Source of the DNA: Spirochaetota bacterium
GTDB taxonomy: Bacteria > Spirochaetota > UBA6919 > CBDBPB01
Direction: 5' to 3'
Assembly: GCA_965208615.1 (NCBI GenBank)
Contig: CBDBPB010000008.1
Location: forward strand, 32,001-96,000
DNA: 64,000 nt
Below the pieces are notes generated by a model. It was given only the letters and a program-made list of their open reading frames with translations, was not told where the DNA came from and did no database searches. How positions within the stretch are numbered: the stretch's first letter is position 1; each line of letters begins with the position of its first letter. Of this stretch, positions 21,134-30,470 are shown in pieces. A program made the translations under genes and the position numbers.

Positions 21134-22924
21134 ATGGCAAACGGAGAAAATAAGCCTATTGATAAACTTAATTCACTAAATGGTATTCCTATTTCTCCTG
21201 GTATAGTATATGGAAAGGTCTATGTTTTTAAGAATGAGTTGTGGATGCCTGAACTTAAAGAAATTGATACCACTTCTATTGATATAGAGATAAACAGGTT
21301 CCATAATGCTTTGAGTCAGTGCGAGAATGAGTTAACTCATTTAGTTACCAATCTTGAAAAGATAGGACATTCTGTTGCCTCTGATATATTATCCTCCCAG
21401 ATTATGATTTTAAACGATATAGAGTTTATAGAAAGTGTTAAAAAGGTTATTAAAACTGAGCAAATCAACCTTGAATCAAGCATACATAAGGTAATTACTG
21501 GGTATATTAGTGATTTAGTAAAGCTTGATAATGAGTTATTCGCTCAGAGGGCAACTGATATTAAAGATATTGGGCATCGTATACTAGAACAGTTAAGTAA
21601 GAATATATCTATTAAGGATGGTATTAATAGTGAAAAGGTTATTCTTGTTACCAATGAGATATTTCCTTCTTTTGTTTTCAGGTTTGGCGAGGAATATATA
21701 TTAGCTATTGTAACCCATCGTGGTGGAAAGACATCCCATGCGGCTATAATTGCACGTACCCTTGGGATACCTGCTTTAAGCGGTGTAGATATTGAAAAGC
21801 TATCCATAAATACTGGGGATAGTCTAATAGTTGATGGTATAGTAGGAAAGGTAACTAAAAACCCTTCTGAAGAGGGCATCAAAAAGTATAACAAGGCAAA
21901 AAGTTATTATAATAATATAGTTTCGTCTATTACAGAGGGTAAAGGGGCTATATCCGTAACTGAAGATGGAATACCAATAACCATAGGAGCTAATATAAAT
22001 AAACCTGATGATATTCCCATTGCATTAGAGAATGGTGCATGTATTATTGGTTTATTAAGAACAGAATATTTTTATATTACCAGTGAGACTCTACCTAGTG
22101 AGGATGATTTATTTAAGCATTATAGCAAATTAGTTAATTCATTAAAGGGCAAGGAACTTACAATAAGACTCCTGGATATTGGAGGGGATAAAAAGGTTAG
22201 TTATTTAGACTTGCCCGAAGAGTTAAATCCCTTTTTGGGATACAGATCCATACGTTATCTTATTGATCATAGAGAAATTATTATGCCTCAGCTAAAGGCT
22301 ATTTTGAGAGTGGGTTATAAGGGTAATGTTAGGATACTAATTCCGATGCTGGCTACCTTGGATGAGCTTAGAATTATAAAAAACTTTATTAATGAGGCTA
22401 TAAATGAGTTAGAGGCTCAAGGGCTAACCTATAGCTCTAATGTTCCCCTTGGTTCGCTGATAGAGGTGCCTAGTGCGGCTTTAAGCGTAAATAAAATATT
22501 AAAAGAGGTTGACTTTATTAATATAGGATCCAATGATTTACTGCAGTATTTTGTGGCGGCTGATCGTGGTAATGCTGAGGTATCAAATCTTTACAACTGG
22601 TTTAACCCTACTTTTTTATCCCTGATAGGCAGGGTAATATCTAGGGCTAATCGGGTAGGCAAGCTCGTTGGACTTTGTGGTGAGATGGGTGGAAGTCCTG
22701 GTTGTTTACCTATATTACTGGGCATGGGTCTACAGCGTATCAGTATGAACCCAGGATTAATACCTATAATAAAAAAGATGATTTCTACCACTTCATTTTT
22801 CCATTCTACTAAGGTGTTTGAGAGGGTTAAGCAGATGGATAGCTCTAATGAGGTAGCTTTGTATATTAGTAAGCTATTAAAAAAGAAATATCCCTATGCA
22901 CCACTATTTGATATTTATATTTAG
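21134..22924 (+). CDS. ptsI: PTS enzyme I (PEP-protein phosphotransferase)
   Basis: GGKTSHAAI phospho-His, GLLRTE, RLLDIGGDK, NPFLGYRSIR, IGSNDLLQY, CGEM. Confidence 0.93.
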   Translation: MANGENKPIDKLNSLNGIPISPGIVYGKVYVFKNELWMPELKEIDTTSIDIEINRFHNALSQCENELTHLVTNLEKIGHSVASDILSSQIMILNDIEFIESVKKVIKTEQINLESSIHKVITGYISDLVKLDNELFAQRATDIKDIGHRILEQLSKNISIKDGINSEKVILVTNEIFPSFVFRFGEEYILAIVTHRGGKTSHAAIIARTLGIPALSGVDIEKLSINTGDSLIVDGIVGKVTKNPSEEGIKKYNKAKSYYNNIVSSITEGKGAISVTEDGIPITIGANINKPDDIPIALENGACIIGLLRTEYFYITSETLPSEDDLFKHYSKLVNSLKGKELTIRLLDIGGDKKVSYLDLPEELNPFLGYRSIRYLIDHREIIMPQLKAILRVGYKGNVRILIPMLATLDELRIIKNFINEAINELEAQGLTYSSNVPLGSLIEVPSAALSVNKILKEVDFINIGSNDLLQYFVAADRGNAEVSNLYNWFNPTFLSLIGRVISRANRVGKLVGLCGEMGGSPGCLPILLGMGLQRISMNPGLIPIIKKMISTTSFFHSTKVFERVKQMDSSNEVALYISKLLKKKYPYAPLFDIYI

Positions 22925-23261
22925 CTCTCAAACAGGCTATTCTATTATTTTTCCATTTGAAGCATGGTTTAACTTTGTGATAGGTTTTTAGTATTTTTAT
23001 TCAAAATGACAAAATTTATCATTTTGAATGATGAATTTAATATACTAAATTATCGGAATAAAGTAAAATAATATTTTTAATCTAGTATTAATACCTATAA
23101 AAAAATAGCTGTTGTAACGCTTTTTATTATATTTAGTAGAACATTATTAACATATATATTATATTAATAAAGGTTTTCTTTTTTTTCTTTAAGTAGTTTG
23201 ATTTATATGTTAATATAGGTGGTTATAGGTAGATAGGGATAATAAAAACGCCAATAATAAA

Positions 23262-23477
23262 TTGAAAAAAATAATGAATAAAAAAAAGTATACTATTTAT
23301 GTATTGGATAAAAATAATAGATTTTTTAAGGATTGTATTCACGAATACTTACAAACTGTTAAAAGCTTTGAGGATCACTTTACAGGTAGAGAATTAAGAA
23401 AAATTAAAAGTATAAAGAAAAGATATAATTCTAAAGCTAACAAAAAAAAGTTAAAACCTCATAAATATCACCTATAG
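23262..23477 (+). CDS. Small basic hypothetical protein
   Basis: 71-aa Lys-rich ORF in an AT-rich gap. Confidence 0.35.
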   Translation: MKKIMNKKKYTIYVLDKNNRFFKDCIHEYLQTVKSFEDHFTGRELRKIKSIKKRYNSKANKKKLKPHKYHL

Positions 23478-23592
23478 CATAGATTTTTGTTTTTTTAAAT
23501 AAAGATTACTATTTTGTAGTTATCACTTTTTTATAATCTAACTATCTTTTTAGAAAATAAATCATAATTAATAGTAAAGTTAAGGAGGTATT

Positions 23593-24876
23593 TTGTCAAA
23601 GTTTATTGTTGAAGGTGGATATTCCTTATCCGGCGAGATTAGTCCCCAAGGCAATAAGAATGAAGCTTTACCTATTTTATCCGCTGTTCTTATAAGCAAA
23701 AAAGAAATTATATTGAATAATTTGCCTATTATAATAGATGTCTTAAACATGATAGAAATTCTAAAGAGTATTGGTGTAGAAATTAAAAAAATGGGACCTA
23801 ATAAATACTCTTTCAAGGCGGAAAACGTTTCTGAGCTTAATATAGATATTTCTTTAGCAAAGTCATTAAGGGGATCTTTTACTCTAATTGCACCTCTTTT
23901 AACTAGATGCAAGTCTATTAAATTCCCAAAACCTGGGGGAGACCGTATAGGAAGACGTAGAATAGATACGCATTTATTAGCTTTAGAGGCTCTTGGTGCA
24001 AAAATAGACAGTATTGATGATGGATTTTTAATAAGTTTATCCGATAGATTTAAGGCCGCAGATATACTCCTGGATGAGGCTTCAGTAACGGCAACTGAAA
24101 ATGCTGTTATGGCGGCTTCTTTGGCAAGGGGTACTACGGTTATTCGTAATGCCGCAAGTGAGCCTCATGTTCAGCAGTTATGCCGCTTTATTAACTCTTT
24201 GGGAGGTAAGATTAGCGGTATAGGAAGTAATATTCTTACAATTTGCGGCGTTGACAGCCTGGATGGTGGTAGTCATCGTATATCGGCTGATTATTTAGAA
24301 GTGGGTAGTTTTATAGGTTTAGCCGCTGTTACCAATAGTGAGATTACTATTAGGGATGCGGGATTAGAATATTTAAGGATGATATTAAGTGTATTTGAGC
24401 GTCTTGGTATTTGCGTCATAAAGCAGGGGGATAATATTATTGTTCCTAAGAACCAGTCTCTAAATATTGTATCTGAGTATGACGGTGCTATTACCAAGAT
24501 TGATGATATGCCGTGGCCTGGTTTTCCTGCAGATTTAACCAGTATTGCTTTAGTTGTAGCTACTCAATGTCATGGTACAGTTCTCATATTCGAGAAGATG
24601 TTCGAAAGTAGGCTGTTTTTTGTGGATAAGCTAATTAATATGGGAGCAAAAATTGTATTATGTGATCCCCATAGAGCTGTTGTAATAGGCCCTTCAAGGC
24701 TTTTAAGGAGTGAATTAGTAAGTCCTGATATAAGGGCTGGAGTAGCTTTACTTATTGCCGCTATGTGTGCAAAGGGTAAGAGTATAATTCATAATATTGT
24801 CCAGATTGACAGAGGATATGAAAAAATAGACGCTAGACTACGATCATTAGGCGCTAAAATTGATAGAGTAGAATAG
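23593..24876 (+). CDS. murA: UDP-N-acetylglucosamine 1-carboxyvinyltransferase (Asp at the Cys115 position)
   Basis: [47 protein letters not shown]. Confidence 0.95.
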   Translation: MSKFIVEGGYSLSGEISPQGNKNEALPILSAVLISKKEIILNNLPIIIDVLNMIEILKSIGVEIKKMGPNKYSFKAENVSELNIDISLAKSLRGSFTLIAPLLTRCKSIKFPKPGGDRIGRRRIDTHLLALEALGAKIDSIDDGFLISLSDRFKAADILLDEASVTATENAVMAASLARGTTVIRNAASEPHVQQLCRFINSLGGKISGIGSNILTICGVDSLDGGSHRISADYLEVGSFIGLAAVTNSEITIRDAGLEYLRMILSVFERLGICVIKQGDNIIVPKNQSLNIVSEYDGAITKIDDMPWPGFPADLTSIALVVATQCHGTVLIFEKMFESRLFFVDKLINMGAKIVLCDPHRAVVIGPSRLLRSELVSPDIRAGVALLIAAMCAKGKSIIHNIVQIDRGYEKIDARLRSLGAKIDRVE

Positions 24877-26241
24877 TTATATCTCTTTTAGTAGCTTTGA
24901 TAATTCTTTAATCCCCATCATGCTGACAGAACGGTTTTCTGCAAACTCAATAGCTTGCTTAGTATACCCTGTGGCAGATATACACAAACCTCGTTGAACA
25001 CCGCTTTCTGCTTTTATTTTATCAACCATATCTCTTATAATTTTCTCTCCCAGTGGATCACTGTTTCTATAAACTCTCACCAAAATCTTTTGCACCCTTA
25101 TATCTTTACCTCCAAATCTTTCATCTGCAATTAACTCTATGGATGTACCTCGTATATAGTTAGTTGTTGCTACTTCAATATTTAGTTTTTGTAGTATTTC
25201 TATTACTTTTTGTTCAAACACCTTATTAGAGGCAATAAAAAAGTCTTTTAATTTATCATCCATTCGCAGTTCTGAATAGTTACTAAGCTTTTCCTTAACG
25301 TTACGGAAATTAGGTTTAACGGATATAATTTTTTCCCATTGCTCAATGGCATCAGTAATATCTTTTTTCATCTCATGGCAGTTAGCAAGCTGATACCGTA
25401 TATTTAGGCTAAGGGTACCTTCTTCATCGACATAAGTAAGGGCTTTTTCGAACTCAGCCTGTGCATGGTTTATATCATTTAAGTTTGCATATACAAGTCC
25501 CCTATGGTATAGGGAATTAAGTTTAAGTTCACGATCTCGAATACTAAAGTCGAAGTTTTTAAGTGCCGCTTGATAATTTCTCGATAGAAAATTAATCATC
25601 CCAATGTAATAATAGGCCTTAATATATTTTTTATCAATAGAAATACATTTTCCTAAGCTGTTTAATGCTTCACTAAAAAGTTTTAGCTTAAAGCTAACAA
25701 ATCCCATATAGTAAAGTGAATTAACATGATTGGGATTAATAGTTAATGCTTTTTGTAGATAGGGCTTTGCTTTATCTATATGATCACGTTCAATAAAGAT
25801 TTTACCCATTTCGTAGTAGTTTTCATAATTATCTGGATCTAGCTTAGTAACCATGGCAAACTCTTTTTGAGCTTCTTCTAACTGTTTGTAGTGTAAATAT
25901 ATATTTGCTATTTTACGTCTTACTGTTGCCTCATCGAACTCTTTTTCGTATTCATGTAGTCGTAAAACTTTTTTATATTCTGGCAGAGCCCATTCATAGT
26001 TATCAGCCATATAATAGCATTCACCCAAAAGATAGTGACACTCAGAATTAACATCATTTTTGGATATGATGGATTTTAAAATATTAATTGCCTTATTAAA
26101 GTCATTAACCTTCATAAAGCGTTTAGCCGTTTCTATCTTAGATTTTGATGATGACACCTTTAATATATATGTAATTAATCCTCCGATAGCGGCGAGTCCA
26201 AAAATGATAAGAACAACTACCAATTCTATACTTAAGTTCAT
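24877..26241 (-). CDS. Membrane-anchored TPR protein with C-terminal Mrr-like restriction-endonuclease-fold domain
   Basis: N-terminal TM, roughly eight TPRs, C-terminal GLCISATGYTKQAIEFAENRSVSMM typical of the end of Mrr_cat. Confidence 0.75.
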   Translation of the reverse strand: MNLSIELVVVLIIFGLAAIGGLITYILKVSSSKSKIETAKRFMKVNDFNKAINILKSIISKNDVNSECHYLLGECYYMADNYEWALPEYKKVLRLHEYEKEFDEATVRRKIANIYLHYKQLEEAQKEFAMVTKLDPDNYENYYEMGKIFIERDHIDKAKPYLQKALTINPNHVNSLYYMGFVSFKLKLFSEALNSLGKCISIDKKYIKAYYYIGMINFLSRNYQAALKNFDFSIRDRELKLNSLYHRGLVYANLNDINHAQAEFEKALTYVDEEGTLSLNIRYQLANCHEMKKDITDAIEQWEKIISVKPNFRNVKEKLSNYSELRMDDKLKDFFIASNKVFEQKVIEILQKLNIEVATTNYIRGTSIELIADERFGGKDIRVQKILVRVYRNSDPLGEKIIRDMVDKIKAESGVQRGLCISATGYTKQAIEFAENRSVSMMGIKELSKLLKEI

Positions 26242-26254
26242 AATTTCCTCTAAG

Positions 26255-27139
26255 TTAAAAATTATTTATATGTTTAAGCTTCATATAACCGTCATAAGCT
26301 TTATAAGAGCTCCTTACAAAAGGAGACGCATATACTATTGCAATACCACACTCAAAAGCAAGCTCTTTATAGCGTTTAAATTCTTCTTCTGATATATACC
26401 TTTTAACTGGCATATTCTTTTTGCTTGGCTGTAAATATTGTCCCATAGTGAGGATATCACAGTTAGCTTGTTTTATATCCCTAAATAGGCTTATTAGTTC
26501 ATTTTCTGACTCGCCCAAACCAAGTATTATTCCAGTTTTAACTATCATATTAGGATTAGTATTTTTAACAAACTCCAAAAGTGATAGTGAACGAGAATAA
26601 GATCCTTTATTACGTATTAGCGGAGTTAGTCTTTTAACGGTTTCGAGGTTATGATTATAGACATTTGGTTTTCCATTTATTACCCTAATTATAGACTCTT
26701 TCCTACCCTGGAAATCAGGAGTAAGAACTTCAACTTTAACGCTCTTATTCACATTTTTTATTGTTCTAATAGTTTTTTCAAAATGCTCAGAGCCTCCATC
26801 CATTAGGTCATCCCTTGTTACAGAGGTAATAACAACGTACTTCAGCTTTAGAAGGCTAATTATATTGGCAATCCTTTTTGGTTCTTCGTTATCCAGTATT
26901 TTATTGTTATTAATTTTGGTTTGCACCGAACAAAACTTACAACTTCTGGTACAGCTATCGCCAAGGATTAGGAATGTTGCTGTTTTATCGTTATAGCACT
27001 CACTCTTATTAGGACATCTTGCCTCCTGACAAACTGTATTAACTTTATACTTTTTCAATAGGCTTTGCATTTCATTATTTTTAGCTGAATAAAATATCTT
27101 CTTTTTTAGCGAGTAGGGATTTGTATTAGAAATATTCAT
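26255..27139 (-). CDS. lipA: Lipoyl synthase
   Basis: CQEARCPNKSEC, CTRSCKFC, NHNLETV, GQYLQP, VRSSY. Confidence 0.95.
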   Translation of the reverse strand: MNISNTNPYSLKKKIFYSAKNNEMQSLLKKYKVNTVCQEARCPNKSECYNDKTATFLILGDSCTRSCKFCSVQTKINNNKILDNEEPKRIANIISLLKLKYVVITSVTRDDLMDGGSEHFEKTIRTIKNVNKSVKVEVLTPDFQGRKESIIRVINGKPNVYNHNLETVKRLTPLIRNKGSYSRSLSLLEFVKNTNPNMIVKTGIILGLGESENELISLFRDIKQANCDILTMGQYLQPSKKNMPVKRYISEEEFKRYKELAFECGIAIVYASPFVRSSYKAYDGYMKLKHINNF

Positions 27140-27392
27140 TACTTTCCTTCTATAGGCACCTTAAAAATGATATATCCTTTAAAAAGTATAAGTAGTATTT
27201 TTCTTTCAGTCAATGCAAGATTAATTTTAGTATATTGTACTCCTTAATATTTATAATCCAAGATTACTAAAAGATATTTAATTTTTTTAAGTTGACTTAC
27301 CTTAATAAACACTTTACTCTTTGTTAACAATATAGATTTGACAAACTAATGTAGTATTGTTATTTTATACGCAATTTATTTATGGATATGTT

Positions 27393-28673
27393 ATGTTAAA
27401 AATTATAAAGAGCAGTCAATATTTATCTAAGCTAAAAAGCCGTAATCTTAATAGCTATCTAGAAAAGCAAGACGAGGTTAAGCAAATTATTAACAAGGTT
27501 ATAAATGAGGGGGATAGTGCTCTTATTAACTACGCTAAGGATTTTGACTCTATTGATGTTAATAATTTTAGTCTTGAGGTATCCAAAACGGAAATTGACA
27601 ACGGATTAGTATTATTAAATCCAAATATAAAAAGTATAATAACTGAGGCTTATGAAAATATTAAAAACTATCACCAAAAACAAAAAGAATCCTCTTATTA
27701 CTTTAATGATAACGGTGCTTTTTTAGGACAAGTAATAAATCCCATAGAAAAAATAGCCGCCTATGTACCAGGAGGATTTGGTATATATCCGTCAACCGTA
27801 CTCATGAACTGTATACCCGCAAAAATAGCAGGAGTACCAGAAATATATATTGCAACTCCCCCAAATGAAAATGGTTTAGTTGATCCGTCAATAATATTCT
27901 CTGCTAAACTCTGTAATGTAAAAAGTATATTCAAAGTAGGCGGTGCAGGAGCAATAGCCGCTTTTGCCTACGGAACAAAAACTATACCAAAAGTATACAA
28001 AATTGTCGGGCCTGGTAATCTATATGTAACTACTGCTAAAAAAATGGTATATGGTGATGTAGACATAGACATGATAGCAGGACCATCGGAGATAATGGTA
28101 CTAGCTGATAACTCTACAAATATAGACTATATAACCTATGATTTATTTTCTCAAAGTGAACACTCTATTGATGCGTCCTCTATTGTTTTGGTATCCGATA
28201 GGGATTTTGCAAATAACCTTATAAATAACATAAATGATAAAATAGAATACTCAAAACGTAAAGATATACTAAAGCAGTCCTTATCAAAAAATGGGCTTAT
28301 AGTTATTTATAACTCCTTGGATGAGGCTTATAATATTATCAATGAGTATGCGCCTGAACACCTTGAAGTACTTACAAATATAGACTTTATTACTATAACC
28401 AATAAAATAAAAAATGTTGGATCAATATTCTTAGGTGAATATACTCCAGAACCAGTGGGGGACTACTTTGCAGGTACTAATCACAGCCTTCCAACCGGGG
28501 GGACTGCTAAGTTTTCTTCTCCTTTGGGTGTATACGACTTCCAAAAAAAAACCAGTATTATAAAGTATAGCAAAGATAGACTCAAAAAAGATCAGCAAAA
28601 AATAATCGATATAGCTGAATATGAAAAGTTCTTTGAGCATGCAAATAGTATTAGAATAAGAAAAATAAACTGA
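27393..28673 (+). CDS. hisD: Histidinol dehydrogenase
   Basis: [40 protein letters not shown]. Confidence 0.93.
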   Translation: MLKIIKSSQYLSKLKSRNLNSYLEKQDEVKQIINKVINEGDSALINYAKDFDSIDVNNFSLEVSKTEIDNGLVLLNPNIKSIITEAYENIKNYHQKQKESSYYFNDNGAFLGQVINPIEKIAAYVPGGFGIYPSTVLMNCIPAKIAGVPEIYIATPPNENGLVDPSIIFSAKLCNVKSIFKVGGAGAIAAFAYGTKTIPKVYKIVGPGNLYVTTAKKMVYGDVDIDMIAGPSEIMVLADNSTNIDYITYDLFSQSEHSIDASSIVLVSDRDFANNLINNINDKIEYSKRKDILKQSLSKNGLIVIYNSLDEAYNIINEYAPEHLEVLTNIDFITITNKIKNVGSIFLGEYTPEPVGDYFAGTNHSLPTGGTAKFSSPLGVYDFQKKTSIIKYSKDRLKKDQQKIIDIAEYEKFFEHANSIRIRKIN

Positions 28674-28680
28674 GGCTATA

Positions 28681-29547
28681 ATGAGCAATATAATGGATGG
28701 ATTATTTATATTCGAAAGAGAAAAACAACATGGCTTATTTTATAAAGTTAAAAAACTCTTATACAACAAAAAAAGTAACTATCAGGATATAAAAATATTT
28801 GATACCTATGACATCGGTAGAGTCTTAATGCTGGATAATGTATTAAATATAACTACAGAAACTGAACACTTTTATCACGAGCCAATGGCACATATACCCA
28901 TTGCTATGGTTGATAAACCTGAAAATATCCTGATAATAGGCGGGGGAGACTTTGGACTTGCTAAAGAAGTTCTTAAACATAAATGCATTAAAAGCCTGAC
29001 TATGTGTGAGTTAGATAAAGATGTTATAAATGTATCCAGAAAATATTTTTCAGAGTGGTCTAAGATTTGTGATAAGGATAATCGGTTTAAATTGGTAATA
29101 GGAAATGGCTTTGATTACCTTAACTCTCTGAAGAATAATGAGTTTGACGTTATGATAATTGATTCTACTGATCCATACCTATCTGCGGCAGTTTTGGCAT
29201 CAGAAAAGTTTTATAAACTGGCTTACAAAGCCTTAAAACTAAATGGAGTATTAATACAAATTATAGCAGATGCCGTTTTTTATAAAGAAGGATGGAAAAT
29301 ATCACTGCCCAATGCCAAAAAAATATTTGACGTATATACTCCAATATTTATGCCAATACCTTTTTATTCCACTGTATCCACCTGGGGACTACTGTTATTA
29401 GGTAAAGGAAAAAAACCTCTATTACCATCCAACATATCGGATGAGTTTTTATTATCTATACCCGATATAAAAACTATGACACCAGATGTAGTAAAAGGCT
29501 GGTTTTCGCTTCCACCGTATATTAAAACCTTTTTAAATAGTATTTAA
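28681..29547 (+). CDS. speE: Spermidine synthase / polyamine aminopropyltransferase
   Basis: YHEPMAH, IIGGGDFG, CELD, DVMIIDSTDP. Confidence 0.88.
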   Translation: MSNIMDGLFIFEREKQHGLFYKVKKLLYNKKSNYQDIKIFDTYDIGRVLMLDNVLNITTETEHFYHEPMAHIPIAMVDKPENILIIGGGDFGLAKEVLKHKCIKSLTMCELDKDVINVSRKYFSEWSKICDKDNRFKLVIGNGFDYLNSLKNNEFDVMIIDSTDPYLSAAVLASEKFYKLAYKALKLNGVLIQIIADAVFYKEGWKISLPNAKKIFDVYTPIFMPIPFYSTVSTWGLLLLGKGKKPLLPSNISDEFLLSIPDIKTMTPDVVKGWFSLPPYIKTFLNSI

Positions 29548-29732
29548 CCGCTATATCTAAAAATCACCCGTTAACGTATTATAACAAAAATAATGTTTTT
29601 ACTTAATTAAAAAAAATATTCTGTATGTAAACCGAATATTATATACCATTTAACTAATTACTTGACTCTATAAAAACTTATTATTATTTTATTGACCTAA
29701 GATTAAAAAAGATATACTCCAAGGGGACAAAG

Positions 29733-29885
29733 ATGAAGCGTACATATCAGCCCAGTAGAATAAAAAGAAATCGTAAATTCGGCTTTAGAAAAAGACAAAA
29801 AACTAAAAATGGAAGACTCGTCTTAAAAAGAAGAAGACAAAAAAGAAGACATAAATTAACTGTATCTGATGAAAGGTCTATATAA
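29733..29885 (+). CDS. rpmH: 50S ribosomal protein L34
   Basis: Hand-translated [50 protein letters not shown]; below the ORF track cutoff. Confidence 0.97.
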   Translation: MKRTYQPSRIKRNRKFGFRKRQKTKNGRLVLKRRRQKRRHKLTVSDERSI

Positions 29886-29902
29886 AATATAATAATTAAT
29901 AG

Positions 29903-30237
29903 ATAAAGATTAACTTTAAAAAATTGGAAAGCTTAAATCAAAAAGAAATTAAACAACTATTTTTAAAAGGAAAAAGGGTAAAAAGAGGTGATTACTTGTG
30001 TATTTATAAACCTAATCACTTATCTTATCCAAAGTTTGGGATATCTTTAAAAAAAAAATGGGCAACGCTGTAATACGAAATTATGAGAAACGAGTGATTA
30101 GAGAAATTATATATAATGCTAAACTATTAATTCCTAATATGAATATAATGTTAATTAAAATAGCCCAAATATCAAATACCTTTACTAAAAAGAAAAAAGA
30201 TATCCATAGTCTATTTAACCTAATTAGTAAAGAATAA
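29903..30237 (+). CDS. rnpA: Ribonuclease P protein component, split by a frameshift at the A10 run 30049-30058
   Basis: Frame 1 ...[18 protein letters not shown]...[10 protein letters not shown] joins frame 2 [17 protein letters not shown] (RNR-type motif). Lies between rpmH and yidD. Start uncertain (ATA 29903 or TTG 29924). Confidence 0.85.
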
Positions 30238-30239
30238 TA

Positions 30240-30449
30240 ATGAAATGGGTTATAGTTAAATTAATAAGGTTTTATCAATTAGTAATATCTCCCCTTTTTT
30301 ATCCTTCCTGTAGATTTTATCCAACTTGTTCTGAGTATAGCAGGCAGGCTTTTCTTAAGTATCCATTTTTTAAAGCATTATATCTTTCTCTATCAAGACT
30401 TTTAAAATGTCAACCATTTCATCCAGGTGGATACGACCCATTAAAGTAA
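30240..30449 (+). CDS. yidD: Membrane protein insertion efficiency factor
   Basis: [17 protein letters not shown]...[11 protein letters not shown]. Confidence 0.95.
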   Translation: MKWVIVKLIRFYQLVISPLFYPSCRFYPTCSEYSRQAFLKYPFFKALYLSLSRLLKCQPFHPGGYDPLK

Positions 30450-30470
30450 TTAATATATATAGGAGGATTT

